Positions 49,001 through 62,374 of a stretch of 64,000 nt of DNA are shown here, piece after piece. Under the pieces are notes generated by a model that saw nothing but the letters and a program-made list of their open reading frames with translations, had not been told where the DNA came from and did no database searches. Made by a program: the position numbers and the translations under genes. Numbering within the stretch: the stretch's first letter is position 1; each line of letters begins with the position of its first letter. This stretch comes from Trichoplax adhaerens (taxonomy: Eukaryota > Animalia > Placozoa), in NCBI RefSeq assembly GCF_000150275.1, contig NW_002060946.1, forward strand, positions 3,429,454-3,493,453, written 5' to 3'.

Positions 49001-50304
49001 AGGGCAGTCTTTTAATCAGGTATTTGAGAAATAGATTAGAGATAATCTCGAAAAATTTTTAATATATATTGTGACAAACATATGTGTTTGCTGGATGAGC
49101 ACTTTGAAGTTATATTTTATTAAACTAAATGACATCATTTCGTCTTGTTACAGTTTCAACGATTGCTAGTAATTTCAAGCGATTGTTGCTATACAAAGGA
49201 CCACGTATTAGCACGGGTTATCAAGATATTACATTCTCAGAATTTTAATACAGCGAATATGCATACTGTAAGGGTTCCTTATATACCTTATGCTACTATA
49301 GATGATTTACAGTTCTATGCAGCTACTGGATGGCTATCGCAACATAATCCAATTATTTCATTATTTATCTAATAAAGGGCATACGACAAGAGTTTGATAG
49401 CCTTGAGAAAAGAATCTTTAAACTGTACATTAAATATAGAGGAAATCCTGTTGTAGCTGAAATGCAGGATAATATGTATGTGGGGAACTTTAGTTGGGAT
49501 ATTCCACGACCAGTCCAAGGTAAAAATCAGAGATTTACATCATTTTCTATAACTTTATTTAATGTCGATCTCATGGTAAGTGTAAAATTTTCAGATGTCA
49601 GCAATTATGTTAAAGAAACATTATTAAGGTTGGTCGAAGTACATGCAGAGGTAAGATTATAAACAATAAAAATTACGGTGATGTATTACACTAAATGCCA
49701 TTGTTATTATTATTATTACGTAAAGATCACATCTGTATCTCCACGGTTCGCTGAGAAAATGATGACGAAATTGACCGAACATATATCAAAGCAGATGTCA
49801 CGACTCCTTAGAGGTGTAAATACTTTCAGCGCTGAAGGAAGGTTGCAGGTTATAGTACTTTTTGAAGTTTTTAATTTACTGAACTTTTTCTAAATCTTAT
49901 CTAAACTAATGATTTCTTAGGCTCACTGCGATCTCAGTGCGTTTGCTAAAGTTGCTTATGGGCATATCAATGATCGGGCATTGTAAGCAGAGTACAGTAA
50001 TTAAAATATTCCTATAAATGATACTTTGTATTAATTCATTGCTCAATGATTTCCTTTTTATTAGAGCGGAGATCTCAGCAGCTATTAAGTACGTTAATGC
50101 TGCTCAAGCCATTACAAGGTTTGTAAAATACTGTAATTTTGTTTACAATTTTGACTGAAAAATTTGAAAATTGTATTGTCATCTAACTTTTAACCCTAAC
50201 TATAATATTTTTTTAGCGAATCGGAAGCTATAGTGGCAAAATTTCTGAAATATTCCGAATTTCAATTTTACTGCTTTCAAATACAGCAGATTTCTAGTTT
50301 ATAA
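43097..50304 (+). CDS. EXOC2: Exocyst complex component 2 (Sec5) with N-terminal IPT/TIG Ral-binding domain
   Basis: [113 protein letters not shown]; stop TAA at 50302-50304. Confidence 0.96.
45732..45899 (+). other. Candidate U12-type GT-AG intron in EXOC2
   Basis: Donor GTATCCTTAA; branch-like TTTAATTAAC ending about 12 nt before the AG; no pyrimidine tract (AAACCTCGTTAAG); splicing keeps frame (YETLT-N-VYRE). Confidence 0.75.
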
Positions 50305-51229
50305 GGTGCTCTAGAAAATTGTCTTAGTCGTGTGTATATTTGGATATAGATATTAGATAAAATTTTTGTATCTCGACGTGTTGCATGTTATATAGAAATT
50401 TTGATGACTACAAGCACTGGATATATATTTTTGTCCAAATGTTACAATCGGCACTGTAAACAATTTGAATGATATCTATTTTTATTGTATAGTTACAACT
50501 GGAGGATTTTAGTGTTGTTAATGTTGCTCTAAAGAATAAATCGTCATTTACCCTTTTACCCAGCTGGTTAATCTATGTAAAAATAGATAACAAAAATTAC
50601 TACTTATCTATATAAGCAATATTCGAATTCACCTAAACATATCGATGGCCTTGGATAATTACAATTAAATCGAAGGACTATAAAGTTCGTTACTATAAGA
50701 TGCAAGTTAGTATATTTGGAGTACAAATATTTTAATAAAGAGTGTCATGCTGTGTACGCGTATAATAGGGGGAATGTTTATAGTGAGGTATTAACCGCAA
50801 GCAATTTCGATTTTATATTTCTAAACGATATATAATAATTTCCATCGATAAATCTTCAAATATACCAATTTTATTGTTTATCACTATTCCAAGGTGATGT
50901 TAATTTCAGTGTCACCGCATACAGAATATCATTCTGGGCGTATAAATGAGCCTTACATATTTTACAATGTACTGTAATTTTAAAAAATTTACGGTAATTC
51001 TTGAACTTAAAAAATAATAAAGTATAACTATTACACAGAAATGTTAAAAAGTAGATCTACAATGCTATCATGCTAAGAATACTTAGCTTTGAAATAATTC
51101 TATTGCAAAGTTTGCTTTATGAGATTGTGGGAAATCTTTATAGTTCTGTATTGCTATCGATCGTCCTAAACTTCGATTCCTCAAGCACTATATATCATAA
51201 TTCTAGATGATATCGTAAATAATTATCGA

Positions 51230-54200
51230 TCAACATGAATCTCCACATCTATGCTGCTCGTAAGATATTTTGAGACCTTCACGATCTATTGTACCACGAT
51301 GTACGGTAACATTTTCAGTGCCCTACAACATCATTTGAATATACCTTCGTTATATTCCGTATGTAATTTACGTCTCGAAGGCCATTTTAAAAAAAATTCT
51401 TTTATGATAATCGTTTCTACCTTTATTTTTGAAATTATAGCGTTTACTTCTCTTATTGAATTTCCTTCCTTTGTAATGAGATACATAAACCCTCCTCCGC
51501 CAGCTCCTGCTAAAGATTGTCCTACATAAAAGCATTTCATTAATGTTAATAAGATGAAGTGATAATACATCCAGTGCTTGATAGTAATTAGTAATGTTTT
51601 ATATTTTCTCTAATTGTTCATTTAGTTACAACTAATGATTATATCCATCTATTACATGTGAGACATATGCTCAAATATGAATTATACCATATGAATGTGG
51701 CTTCAAAGCAGTCATAATTTCAGTTACCAAAGCCGGCTCGCATCCTGTTATATGGTAAAATAGTAGCAGTAAACACTTTGTCTTAGTCTATCATAATACG
51801 TTGATGTAAAATTTATCAGTTCATTTGTACAATAACTACAACCAAAGTAAAATATAATTTACAGCATTTACCTGGAGCCATCTTTTTTTTCTGATGCCAG
51901 TATTCATTGAGACAATTTCCAACTAATTCCAAATTACCTTACAAAAAAATATTAGCGCTTTAGTTGATAATTAAAAATTCATATCGAAAAAGCAACGCTA
52001 TTATAGTAAAATTACCATCAATAAAGGCTTTAGCAGATTTCTCTGCATTACTAGTTAAATTATGAACATTTGGAAGGATTTCTGGTAGCTTACTGTACCA
52101 TCCTCGCAATACGTCCTAGTAAAGTGAAATAGATTCTTCACAATTATAAAGAAAAATCGTACATAAACCGTAAATTGAATTGGTGATAATTACAATTAAA
52201 TATGAATTTGAGCGTATTATTAAGAACCTGTAAAAGATTTTTAGCTAAGCGCGTTTTTCCTGTGTATATTAGCAAAAGTCGCTTGTTTAACTCTGTAATA
52301 AAGCTTTCTTTTGTATCTACAAACGAAATGATTAATTATAAATGTTTACAATTTAAAATATTATCATTTCATTTAATTAGTAAATAATGCAACGTATTTT
52401 AAAATACTATATTTGGATGCTGTATAAAAATAATAAAATTTACGATGATAGCTTACGGATAGGAATTGAAGCTTATACAAACTATCTTTATCTTATAACT
52501 GATTGGATTTTAGACATTTTTACCTAGCTTAGTGATATTAACTTTCAGCGGTAGTTTCGGTGGCGACCGAGAAATCTTGACACCCTCTACTAATCCTAGC
52601 AACACATATACAGTACATGGAACTTATATTAATTTCAGAACTTTTCTTCTATTACATATTTATATTGGCTTTATTTACATAAGAATAAATAGCATTAGCG
52701 CAAAGAAGTAAAATTGAGTCATATTTTAAGACTTAATTTACTCACCTCCAACCTGATCCTGCCAACCACCTCCAGTCGTAAGCATTTGTTCGAGGTATAA
52801 AACCTTTATTAATAGAGATGACACTCAGTAATTAATATCAACGCAATTCTTTCATAATTCATAATATGAATTGAAGAATATTATGCTAATAAGCCGTAAT
52901 ATTTTACAATTAAAATACGATTATACCGAGTGTACAATTGATTCATTATCACATTTTCTACCGGAAACAGTGAAAAGACAAGCCATAATGGCTCCGGCTA
53001 AAATACTACTCGTTCCTAAGCCTGTAATAATAACGGGATAATGTTATAAAGCATAAAATATCTCCAAATAATACAGGTTGTGTAAATCTGTAATTCTGTA
53101 ATAGAGAATTCTACGACTTTAATTTAGTGATCTGATAATTAACATTTCTACGCCTAATATTCGTAAAACTCATAGTTATTAGAATTTAATTACAACGGTA
53201 GTATCTAAGGCAGCTAAGGCCATAATATTAAACTTTTACCTGAACCCTGTGGTAAATGGGCCCAAGAGTGAAGCTCAAAACCACCAGAATACTTTTCTAA
53301 TAGCTGTTGTTTTAAGGGAGTTGATGAGGCGAAAGAAATGATTTCAGTGCATAAGAAAGCAGCCTTCAATAATGCTCCTAGCGTACAAATAATGAAAGAA
53401 GCGATTAATTTAATAGATCTTTACGACCATTTAGGGTGATAGCATAAGATTTTAGGGCACTGAAAATTCAGTAATATCAAAATTGATTATGCATAGTATC
53501 CTCAATAGTATTAGTTGTTATTTGTGTTAAGTAATTCGATTAGAATCTTGTCGTACGAATACTTTACCGGCTAAGTGTACATAAAAATTGTTAAACTATT
53601 CATTGGTTATCTACCCGGTGCATGAGGCTTATTGTAGTCTTCTAGATCTGAGATCTCAGCGCAAGTGATAACAGTCTTACTATCACCGATAAGTACCAAT
53701 TTAATGATTGGGCTAGAAAAAATAATAAAAACGACATGATATTTGAGCAAACGATCAGCAAGTAATATTTCAATCTCATCACGAATCTATTGTAAATTTT
53801 ACTCTCTTATTCTTCGTGCTTTAGCTCCAATAGGTCTCTATGATGTTGTTATAAAAAATTAACGGATTGAATATTCTACGTAGCATTCAAGATAGCGATA
53901 TTCGTAGAATATTAACGACAATTGCGGTTGGTAACCTTATCGTCGATAGTAACAGCAGCATTTACAACTGCACCACCATGCTCATACGTTATAGGTGGTG
54001 TATCACTCCAGCCTCCTGCGAGATCTATGCGAGCTAATATTATGCATTAAGATAGTCAATTGTGACAGCCTAGTCAAGTCAATACCTCGAGACTGGAATA
54101 TGTTGTATCTAATTTTATATCTATAAAGTATAAGGTATAGCATTCATACCGCCACTACTAGCTACGACCCAGATTTCGCTCAGTGGTGGTAGTTCTTGTG

Positions 54201-57200
54201 GTGTTGTAGTAACAAACTGTGAAGACCCAAAATTGCAGGTGAATTTTTAATACGCTATTGTACTGTACTATATCGTATATCTAGCAATAATAACAAATGC
54301 GTTTCTGCGATTTCGTTACCCTGCTTGCAGTTGATACGGCCTTTCTTATCAGGATTTGCTCCGCTCCTTCATAATGTCGAGCCGCTCGTATAATTAGATC
54401 AGGCCTAATTTTTAAAATTGGAGGTGTAACTTAGGAGTGAATGTTAAACAAGAATCTGTAACTTAAACTGTACAATAATACTATCACACCTCTTTAACCA
54501 ATTTTTTCTTTCTTTTGCCATGACCGTAACTCCATCATTTATTTTAAGTTCCTAAAAATATAAATTATTGCACACTTAGTTAAAATGTCTTAGTAAATCA
54601 GAGAATGAGGAGGACATAGTACATATAGTACAACAGGAGGCAGTAGAATTTAGAGAATAAAATTTCAATGAAAATGTGCTGTAAATAAAATTATTCGTTG
54701 TTTTTCCCTAGGAGTTAGTTAATTACTGTACCTCTAATAATCGAAAAGCTTGTTTCCATGACTTGTTAGCAGCAGGTCCACTTCTTAGACCACCTCCGGA
54801 GGCAGCCATTGTACCTAAGACATCCGCAATGCTAGCTAGACAGCGCGCTGCAACAGCTAGAGAGCTCGCTTCGCAGGCGACTGCGAGAAGTAAAAAATTA
54901 TTTAACGACAGAAAAAATGAAGAGCTTTAATTATACTTGATTATTAAATAATTAGTTTACCTTTATCAATAGTGCATAATATGTTATGGTAATCCTCTGT
55001 AGCACAACTTTGAAAGTATGGAAGAAAGCAGGTATCCTCTCCATTCGATAAAGCAACCTTGACATTTTTTTCACCAATTTCAAAGTATAGTTTTCTGTGA
55101 TCCCAAATTAATAGTTACTTAGTTTAAAAAATACATAGATCGTCTTCTAATTAATACAACTGTATCAATCCCACCTTCTATAATCGAATACAGCTGCAAT
55201 ATCGACCATAGCCATGATTTCTTTTAAAGAAAGTCTCCAAGATAGTCTCCATCTAGTTATTTATCGTACAATATTAAGCAATATGATATAAACATTTTTA
55301 TATGATAAAAGCAGAAACAATGTTTTGATTACTTTTCTAAAGCCTCAGCAGAATTGTGAGTTCCTAACAGCCATAAAATATCCTCAGTTTCAATCTTTTG
55401 GATATGGTTAAAGACTGGATATAGCTTTGCGTTGAAGAGACTACGCTTAGACGATGGCTATAAGGTCAAGAACGAAAATGGAGATGAGTCCGCACAATAA
55501 GATCTACTGGTAACATGCTTACTCATCTAGATATCAATTTTTAAAAGTTATTATATAATCGTATCGTTACCAAATGCTGTTGCCATAAATCTGAACTATC
55601 AATGCCTGTCCTTTCAAAGAATGCAGACCACGGCTTATTACAAAAGCTGCTTTTTTGATTATCGACCGATAACTGTATTTGAATAAATGAGTTTTTAAAA
55701 TAACACAGTTAGATTAATTCAGTCTACCTCTACTATCCACTCAAACATGCTCACCATAAGATTATCATCCAAGCCAAAAACGGTAGTGATTCGACGAGAT
55801 ACATTATCGCCGATAGAAATTATAAAATTTAACATGACACTTTTATCCGGTATAACAACGGGCTCTGTTATAACTTTATCGAGCTTCGATATCCACAAAT
55901 ATATGTCATTAGATCAGTATAGCAGACTGTTTTAAATTTACAAGATAATAAAGCAAAGTGATAGAATATCTTACTTCAAATTCTATGGGTAACAACCCCG
56001 ATAAAATGCATCTATTACCAATTTTTAGGCTGTTCTAAAAGTTAATAATGGTGTAATGATGTTGCAAATTGCTGAGAATATAAGACAATTACTAATTAAT
56101 TAATATCGGCCTTACTTTAAGGATACAATGAGCAACAACACAATTTTTTCCAATATCAATTTCGCTATCAATACTGCTATTGATAATGATTGTAGATATA
56201 GGAACTTCACATCCAGACTGAAGAAAAATAATCAAGTGTTAATTTGCAGTTGTAAATTAATCATGAAAAATCATCTATTTACTTCGGTGTAGCAATGAGT
56301 TCTGTTCTGCCATTGAAAATTTTTAACACCGTTTGTACCAAGCCTGAGAGGGCAATTTAATATTTGATTTTGAAAATCGGACGCAACACTCGTAGACATG
56401 TAATTATGGATCCCTTCCGTGATGAGTACTACAAATAAAGGAAAAATATGACTGATCCCTTTTGATCATATGACGAGTATACCTAAGGATTACGATTGAT
56501 TTAGTTCAATTATCAACTGAAAAATACATTTTTAATTTGAAAATGTAAATATTTAAGTACTGCAGTACTTCTTGCATTACACACAGATATGACGTTAAAT
56601 TTTATGTAATAGTTGAAAAAAGGTAGGCATACACGATGCATATGCGTTCATGTTATCATTACGCTATCTGTTAGACAGTGTATGAGCTATACTTGATCTA
56701 ATTCGAATTTGATGCAATTCATCGTATAAAACAGAGCGAGCATGTTCCATTAACGCTTTATCTTCAGGCAGCAACAGGCTATCGTCTTTGTTGCCATATG
56801 AGCCGCTACGATTTCCAGTTACAAAATTTTCACGAGAGACGTTATTGGCCATAGGCAATAAAATATCGAAGAATAAGGAAAGCTAAAATATATCAATTTT
56901 AAATACTCTATTAAATCGAGATTTTACGTTGAACAGTGGCATATATAGCATTTAGTTCAATGACAGTAACAAGTGTAAGTTGCTTATTGCAGCAGGTGGA
57001 ATGCTTACTTTAATTGGTAGTGATCCGCTATCAATACCCATATAAGTGCAAGCATCAATAGGGGGTTTCACATGAAATTGCAAAAGTTTAGTAGCGGTAT
57101 TTGGACACATAAACAATAAACCAGAAACCTATATGATAACATTAAGCAATACAATTCCATTTATAATTCATAACAAAAGTAGATCAATAAGTCTACAAGG

Positions 57201-60200
57201 TCATTATTACCAATGGTACTTGATGACCGTTATTCAAAAGGCAAGATTCCAGATTATCTGGTGAACTTTGGTAAAAGATATCGTCAACAGTATCCTTCGA
57301 ATAGAATTTTAATCCAAATTCAGTTCAATTAAAACAGTAGCTTTAAGAGTACGACAGCTAGAATCGATTTTAAAGTAAACTATATAAGCAAGCCTGGAAC
57401 GTTTATCAATATGATAGCTGTTGTCCAATCTCTATCGTATGAATTAATTTTAGCGGTAAGCGATAAAAATCAACAGTTTGGAGGTACGAGTACAATGATG
57501 AATAGCTTACATCATGATTTACTTTACAGGCTCCATGCAATGTTGCATAATCAACAGAAGCTGGAACAGTTATCAAACTAACTCCCTTCCAGTGTTTTGG
57601 AAAAGTGATGTCAATGGCTAGAATAAACATTGGATAATAAATTGATTATACGCATCTTTGACTGAAACAAAATACGTGTACATGTACGCACAGTGATATT
57701 ATATCAAGTTAAATTGGTTCTATCTGCAATACCTTTTTCTGATGGAATACTTAATAGCATGTCTGTACTGCACACCCAAACGCCAGGAGGTGAATTAGGG
57801 CAAATCTGATATGGAATACGCACAAGATTTTCAGTACAGTACTGTGTAGTACTCGTATTATACTCCAATCATGTTAGCATTTTAATATAAAGCGAGATTG
57901 AAAATTCTCAATGTAGATATACACATAGACTACTAGACGAAGGATAGATTATCCGATTGCATATTAATACGTTTCTTACGAGTAATATAAGTGTAAAATA
58001 GGCAATACATTAAATTCATCTTGATATACCATTAGTAAAGAAATATGAATATAACTAATAAGGTAAGAGTGGACTGTAAATTGTGCTTTATTCACATAGG
58101 TACAATTATACAGTATATAAGCATTAATGCCTAGCTACTACACGTTAAGAAGTTATTTTAACATAAACTGCCTTACTAACGAGAGTATGATTTATCATCA
58201 TTCAGTCAAAGCAAAAAGAACAATATGTACAGAAAAATTGTACAGCTTGCTAAAAATGGTGCAGATGCAGAGCCTATCATGCTGCTCAATATCGTCAGCG
58301 ACTTACTACGTTGGTAAGAGTATAGATAATAAAGTCAATATTGCACGCTATATTTTCTGTATCGGATCCAGTAATATGATGAGCTCCACTGTACATAGCC
58401 GGCATAGTAGTAAATGCACGTCCGCAAGGATCAAATAAATAATTTCTACCCTATTACAAATCAGATTTGAGTGGATTATCATATTGCAAGCCCAAAGCAT
58501 ATGGAAAATTTAATAAATTTTTTTGGTGGGTATTTACTGTATTACACAATTACAGTTCAATTTATTACAATGGTACCAATCAATGGAAGTGCAAGTATCT
58601 TTAATAGTATTGAATAATATTTACCATTAGGAGGATTAGAATATCAGCATTAGCCAGTACATCGGGGTTAACGACCTAGAGAGAAAGAAAATAAGAATTA
58701 TTAGAAGGATGATCGGTATAGAGATCGCAATCAATCTACTTGGATAATTAGATAGGGCGGATATGTCCAATGATAACTAATCTACTCGTACGTCTACAGT
58801 AAGTTATGAGGACGTTGCTTTATCGAAAGTTAATGTTATTGCTATTTGCAATTTTTACCGTATGGCCAGCTAATGAACTCAAATGTTCAGCTACAACCAA
58901 GATAGTATTAATTGTTGCACCACCACTTCCAATTCGAGTGTCTGGATCTTCGACTGTCAGTAACAAGACATTGGGATCGATCAAGCCTTTTGATTGGCGT
59001 ATCTCCAGCTCTACAAGGGTAGATCAATATCAACATTTGTAAGTGATGGAATGTAGATAGAGGGCAAATGGATTTATTTTCAACATTTTGCATGAGTATA
59101 GTCAATCATGACCTTGTCATAAACTACTAGTATATGACATAATACGAGTCGATACATTTTAAAAATTCTATTTAGATCATGACTGGTTCGAATAGAATGG
59201 ATAGGGAGGAATAGAGTAAATAATTAATTCATTAATGCTAGACTCGTTAGAGTAGTGATGGTCGTTTTAGCACTCCACTCGTACCCAGGTGTAGCGAGCC
59301 CTGTAAAATGGTTGAAAGATGTTCACCTATAGCGTTGCCTTAAATGATGTCTTTAGATTGCGAAAAAATGGACTTTTAATTTGGTTGCAGACAGATCAGT
59401 CTAAGGTTGAGCAATTGGTTGTTGATATTTTGATTACTTTTGATCGCCATATTGAATAATTGTATTTCTTTTGTAATACAAACTAACTATCAGTCTAAAG
59501 TCATGTCGTCAATAGTGAGTATAGTACGTATAGTAGGCGTTGTCACTTTTTGAGGGGGTTTATCGGCTAGGAGTTGATTGATATTTGGATCAACTGATCC
59601 GATCATTTTCTAGAATCTTAATTTTGTATCACTGTCTGCGACAACTTTACTTGATAATAGACTACTAATGTACGACATGATAGGCGACAGTACTTGTAGG
59701 ATTTTCGATACTGTAGTTCTTGCTGTGGTCAACGGCGATTTCAGCAAGAAACTACGAGAGTATACGGTAGTACGACATGGTAGGTATGGCTCCTTTTAGA
59801 CCCTGTATCGCGAATATAAATGGAGTTTATGCATTCAGTTGGTTAATGTATGCTTTCTATCATTTTTTGATCAATTTAGTCGACGACGACTAACTACGAG
59901 ATATGCAGTAATCCCATATTGGGGTTTTCCAACTTTAGAATTCAAATAACTGATGGTTGGTGCTAGTAGGATGTATTGATGATTGGATAAGGCCATTGAT
60001 CATTTCAAGACGTTCCACTAGGATACGGTGATAAAATAGCCAGTTGAATTGCAAGATACGAGTGTACAACATGACCTGAGGCTTTTAAAATTTCTTTTAT
60101 GTGTATGTGTGTGTGATAATGGACTATGGAGCTATCGGACTATCTACCAAGCTCTTTCTTTGTCACGACTCCAATTGAATCATAGCCATGCATTGCAGTA

Positions 60201-60280
60201 ACTTTACCTTTCTGGAAAGCTTGTGTATGATAGCCTTTACGACATGATAGAGCGATAACCTTCCATTTTTTCCTTGCCAT
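51230..60280 (-). CDS. FCSK: L-fucose kinase (FCSK/FUK), animal type: N-terminal fucokinase domain plus C-terminal GHMP kinase
   Basis: [133 protein letters not shown]; stop at 51230-51232. Confidence 0.95.
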
Positions 60281-60516
60281 AGTTAGACTTTGAGGGGATT
60301 TCCTAGCTATTCAAGATGCTGTTGACTGCAATGATCTGCATCAGCATCCAAAAATTGGATAGTTTACCTGGACTAATGACAGTATATTAATCGATGGACA
60401 CTCTTCAATTGCTAGCTAAAGTAGTTTGACCAGTGGTTTACCTTTTGCCGTACGTATGTCCGAAGTCCGATGTTCTTTATTTATTTACTTATTTATTTAC
60501 GGCAGTCAGGCATACT

Positions 60517-60672
60517 GTAGGTCACGTCGACTCCGACAGTCAAGTCATTTCCGCTGCTACTGACGCTATTACTGTGTCATACAGCGCGTCCATACTGTAC
60601 ATACAGTACGTGGTAGGTCGCGTCGACTCTGACAGTCAAGTCATTTCCGCTGCTATTGACGCTATTATTGTG
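60517..60672. repeat. Direct repeat of about 60 bp with 96-bp period upstream of FCSK
   Basis: GTAGGTC.CGTCGACTC.GACAGTCAAGTCATTTCCGCTGCTA.TGACGCTATTA.TGTG at 60517 and 60613. Confidence 0.9.
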
Positions 60673-60681
60673 CGTCATACA

Positions 60682-61620
60682 CTACTGTAGTGTGCTATCT
60701 GCTGACGTGACACCCCCATTGGCACTGAAGCGCGGACAGCGACGATCGCACAGAGAGTCAACGGAGTCCAGGACTACTGTACTGTGTACAGTACGGCTAC
60801 TACAGTACAGTACAAACTAGAAGACGATAGTGTGCACCAAGTACAGTACAGTAAACTAGAAGTCAACTCAGTCCAGGACTACACTGGACTGTACAAAGTC
60901 GTCTACTATAGAAGACGATAGTGTGTACAAAGTCAACTAGAAGACGATAGTGTGCCGTTGCACAGGCTACTGTAGTGTGCTATCTGCTGACGTGACACCC
61001 TCATCGGCACTGAGCCGCGGACAGTGACGATCGCACAAAGAGTCAACCGAGTCCAGGACTACTGTCCACTGTAGTGTATTGTAACCCCACTACTGTACTG
61101 TACAGTGTACTGTACAGTACAGTACGGCTACTACGGTACTTCGAGTCCTGGCCTGTACAGTACAATACAAACTAGAAGACGGTAGTGTGCACCAAGTAAA
61201 CTAGAAGTCAACTCAGTCCAGGACTACACTGGACTGTACAGTACTGTCTACTACTGTACTTTGAGTCCTGGTCTGTACAAAGTCAACTACTGTACTGTAG
61301 AAGACGATAGTGTGTACAAAGTCAACTAGAAGACGATAGTGTGTACGAAGTCAATTAGAAGACGATAATGTGTACAAAGTCAACTAGAAGACGATAATGT
61401 GTACAAAGTCAACTAGAAGACGATAGTGTGCCGTTACACTGGCTACTGTAGTGTGCTATCTGCTGACGTGACACCCCCCATCGGCACTGAGCCGCGGACA
61501 GCGACGATCGCACAAAGTGTCAACCGAGTCCAGGACTCCACTGGACCGTACTGTCTACTACTGTACTTTGAGTCCTGGTCTGTAGACTAGAAGAAGACGA
61601 TAGTGTGCCGTTGCACAGGC
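60682..61620. repeat. Higher-order tandem array: three units (about 285, 476, 178 bp) with an internal 29-bp minisatellite
   Basis: Units start CTACTGTAGTGTGCTATCTGCTGACGTGACACCC at 60682, 60967, 61443. The 29-mer TAGAAGACGATAGTGTGTACAAAGTCAAC starts at 60909, 60938, 61298, 61327, 61356, 61385, 61414 (last in each run partial). Confidence 0.92.
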
Positions 61621-62374
61621 ATCGATTTTCTTCTTCCGTGTCATGCGTACCATCAAGACCATCCTCGCCCAGACAGACGGACGCTACCAAACAAAGGATG
61701 CCTTCCATATTGAAAATGACCACGGAGTAGGGATGGATCTTCCATGTCTGTTTTCCATATCCACGGGTACAAATTGAAATAGCGTCTATCATCTTTTACA
61801 ACTCTTTTCAAGCAGAACTTTGTAACAGACAATCCAATTCGATCAATGGATGGCTAATATTACCAAGGACTCTTGGTATTACTCAACCTTTGATTGAGAC
61901 AACATCACTCACTCCAAATCGACTGTCTGCCTACTAAAGCACTACCTTCAACAACGTGTTTGCTACATTTTGACGAGAGGAGACCGAAAATATCTGTCCG
62001 TCCAAGGATGGTCAATCCAGTCCAAGTCTGCTAGTAAATCCATGAAAATGCGTCAAGTGAAAACAAAGACTATAGACTGGACTGGACCTACTGTATTCTA
62101 CTCTACACTACCTGCAGTATCGTAAACTGCCGACCAGAAATGTAAAAGTTGGCCACAGAAAGAGGAGCGTTTCAATCATTTCAACTCTTAAAATGTGATT
62201 AGAAATCGATATTGCGTGTGGAAGAGAGAGCATACAACATTGGCCACACAGTCCAGTGGTTACTGTAATCATATAAACCAAAAATTGGCTATCGTAATCT
62301 TGTCCAAAATTGATTTGTAGACTGATTGGGTCGTAAAGTACTACTTGCTGCGGAGTGAATGAGGTGGAAGAAAT

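Noticed and set aside
58300-59000. Bifunctional fucokinase/GDP-fucose pyrophosphorylase as in plants and Bacteroides
   Set aside because: Sequence reads [16 protein letters not shown], like animal FCSK, and lacks the HAGG.S.R...GK pyrophosphorylase motif.
61298-61435. 29-bp repeats as a CRISPR array
   Set aside because: Repeats abut with no unique spacers, there are no cas genes, and the context is eukaryotic; it is a minisatellite.
60433-61792. ORFs 60433-60690 and 61520-61792 as proteins
   Set aside because: They are translations of promoter-region repeats with no homology or splice support.
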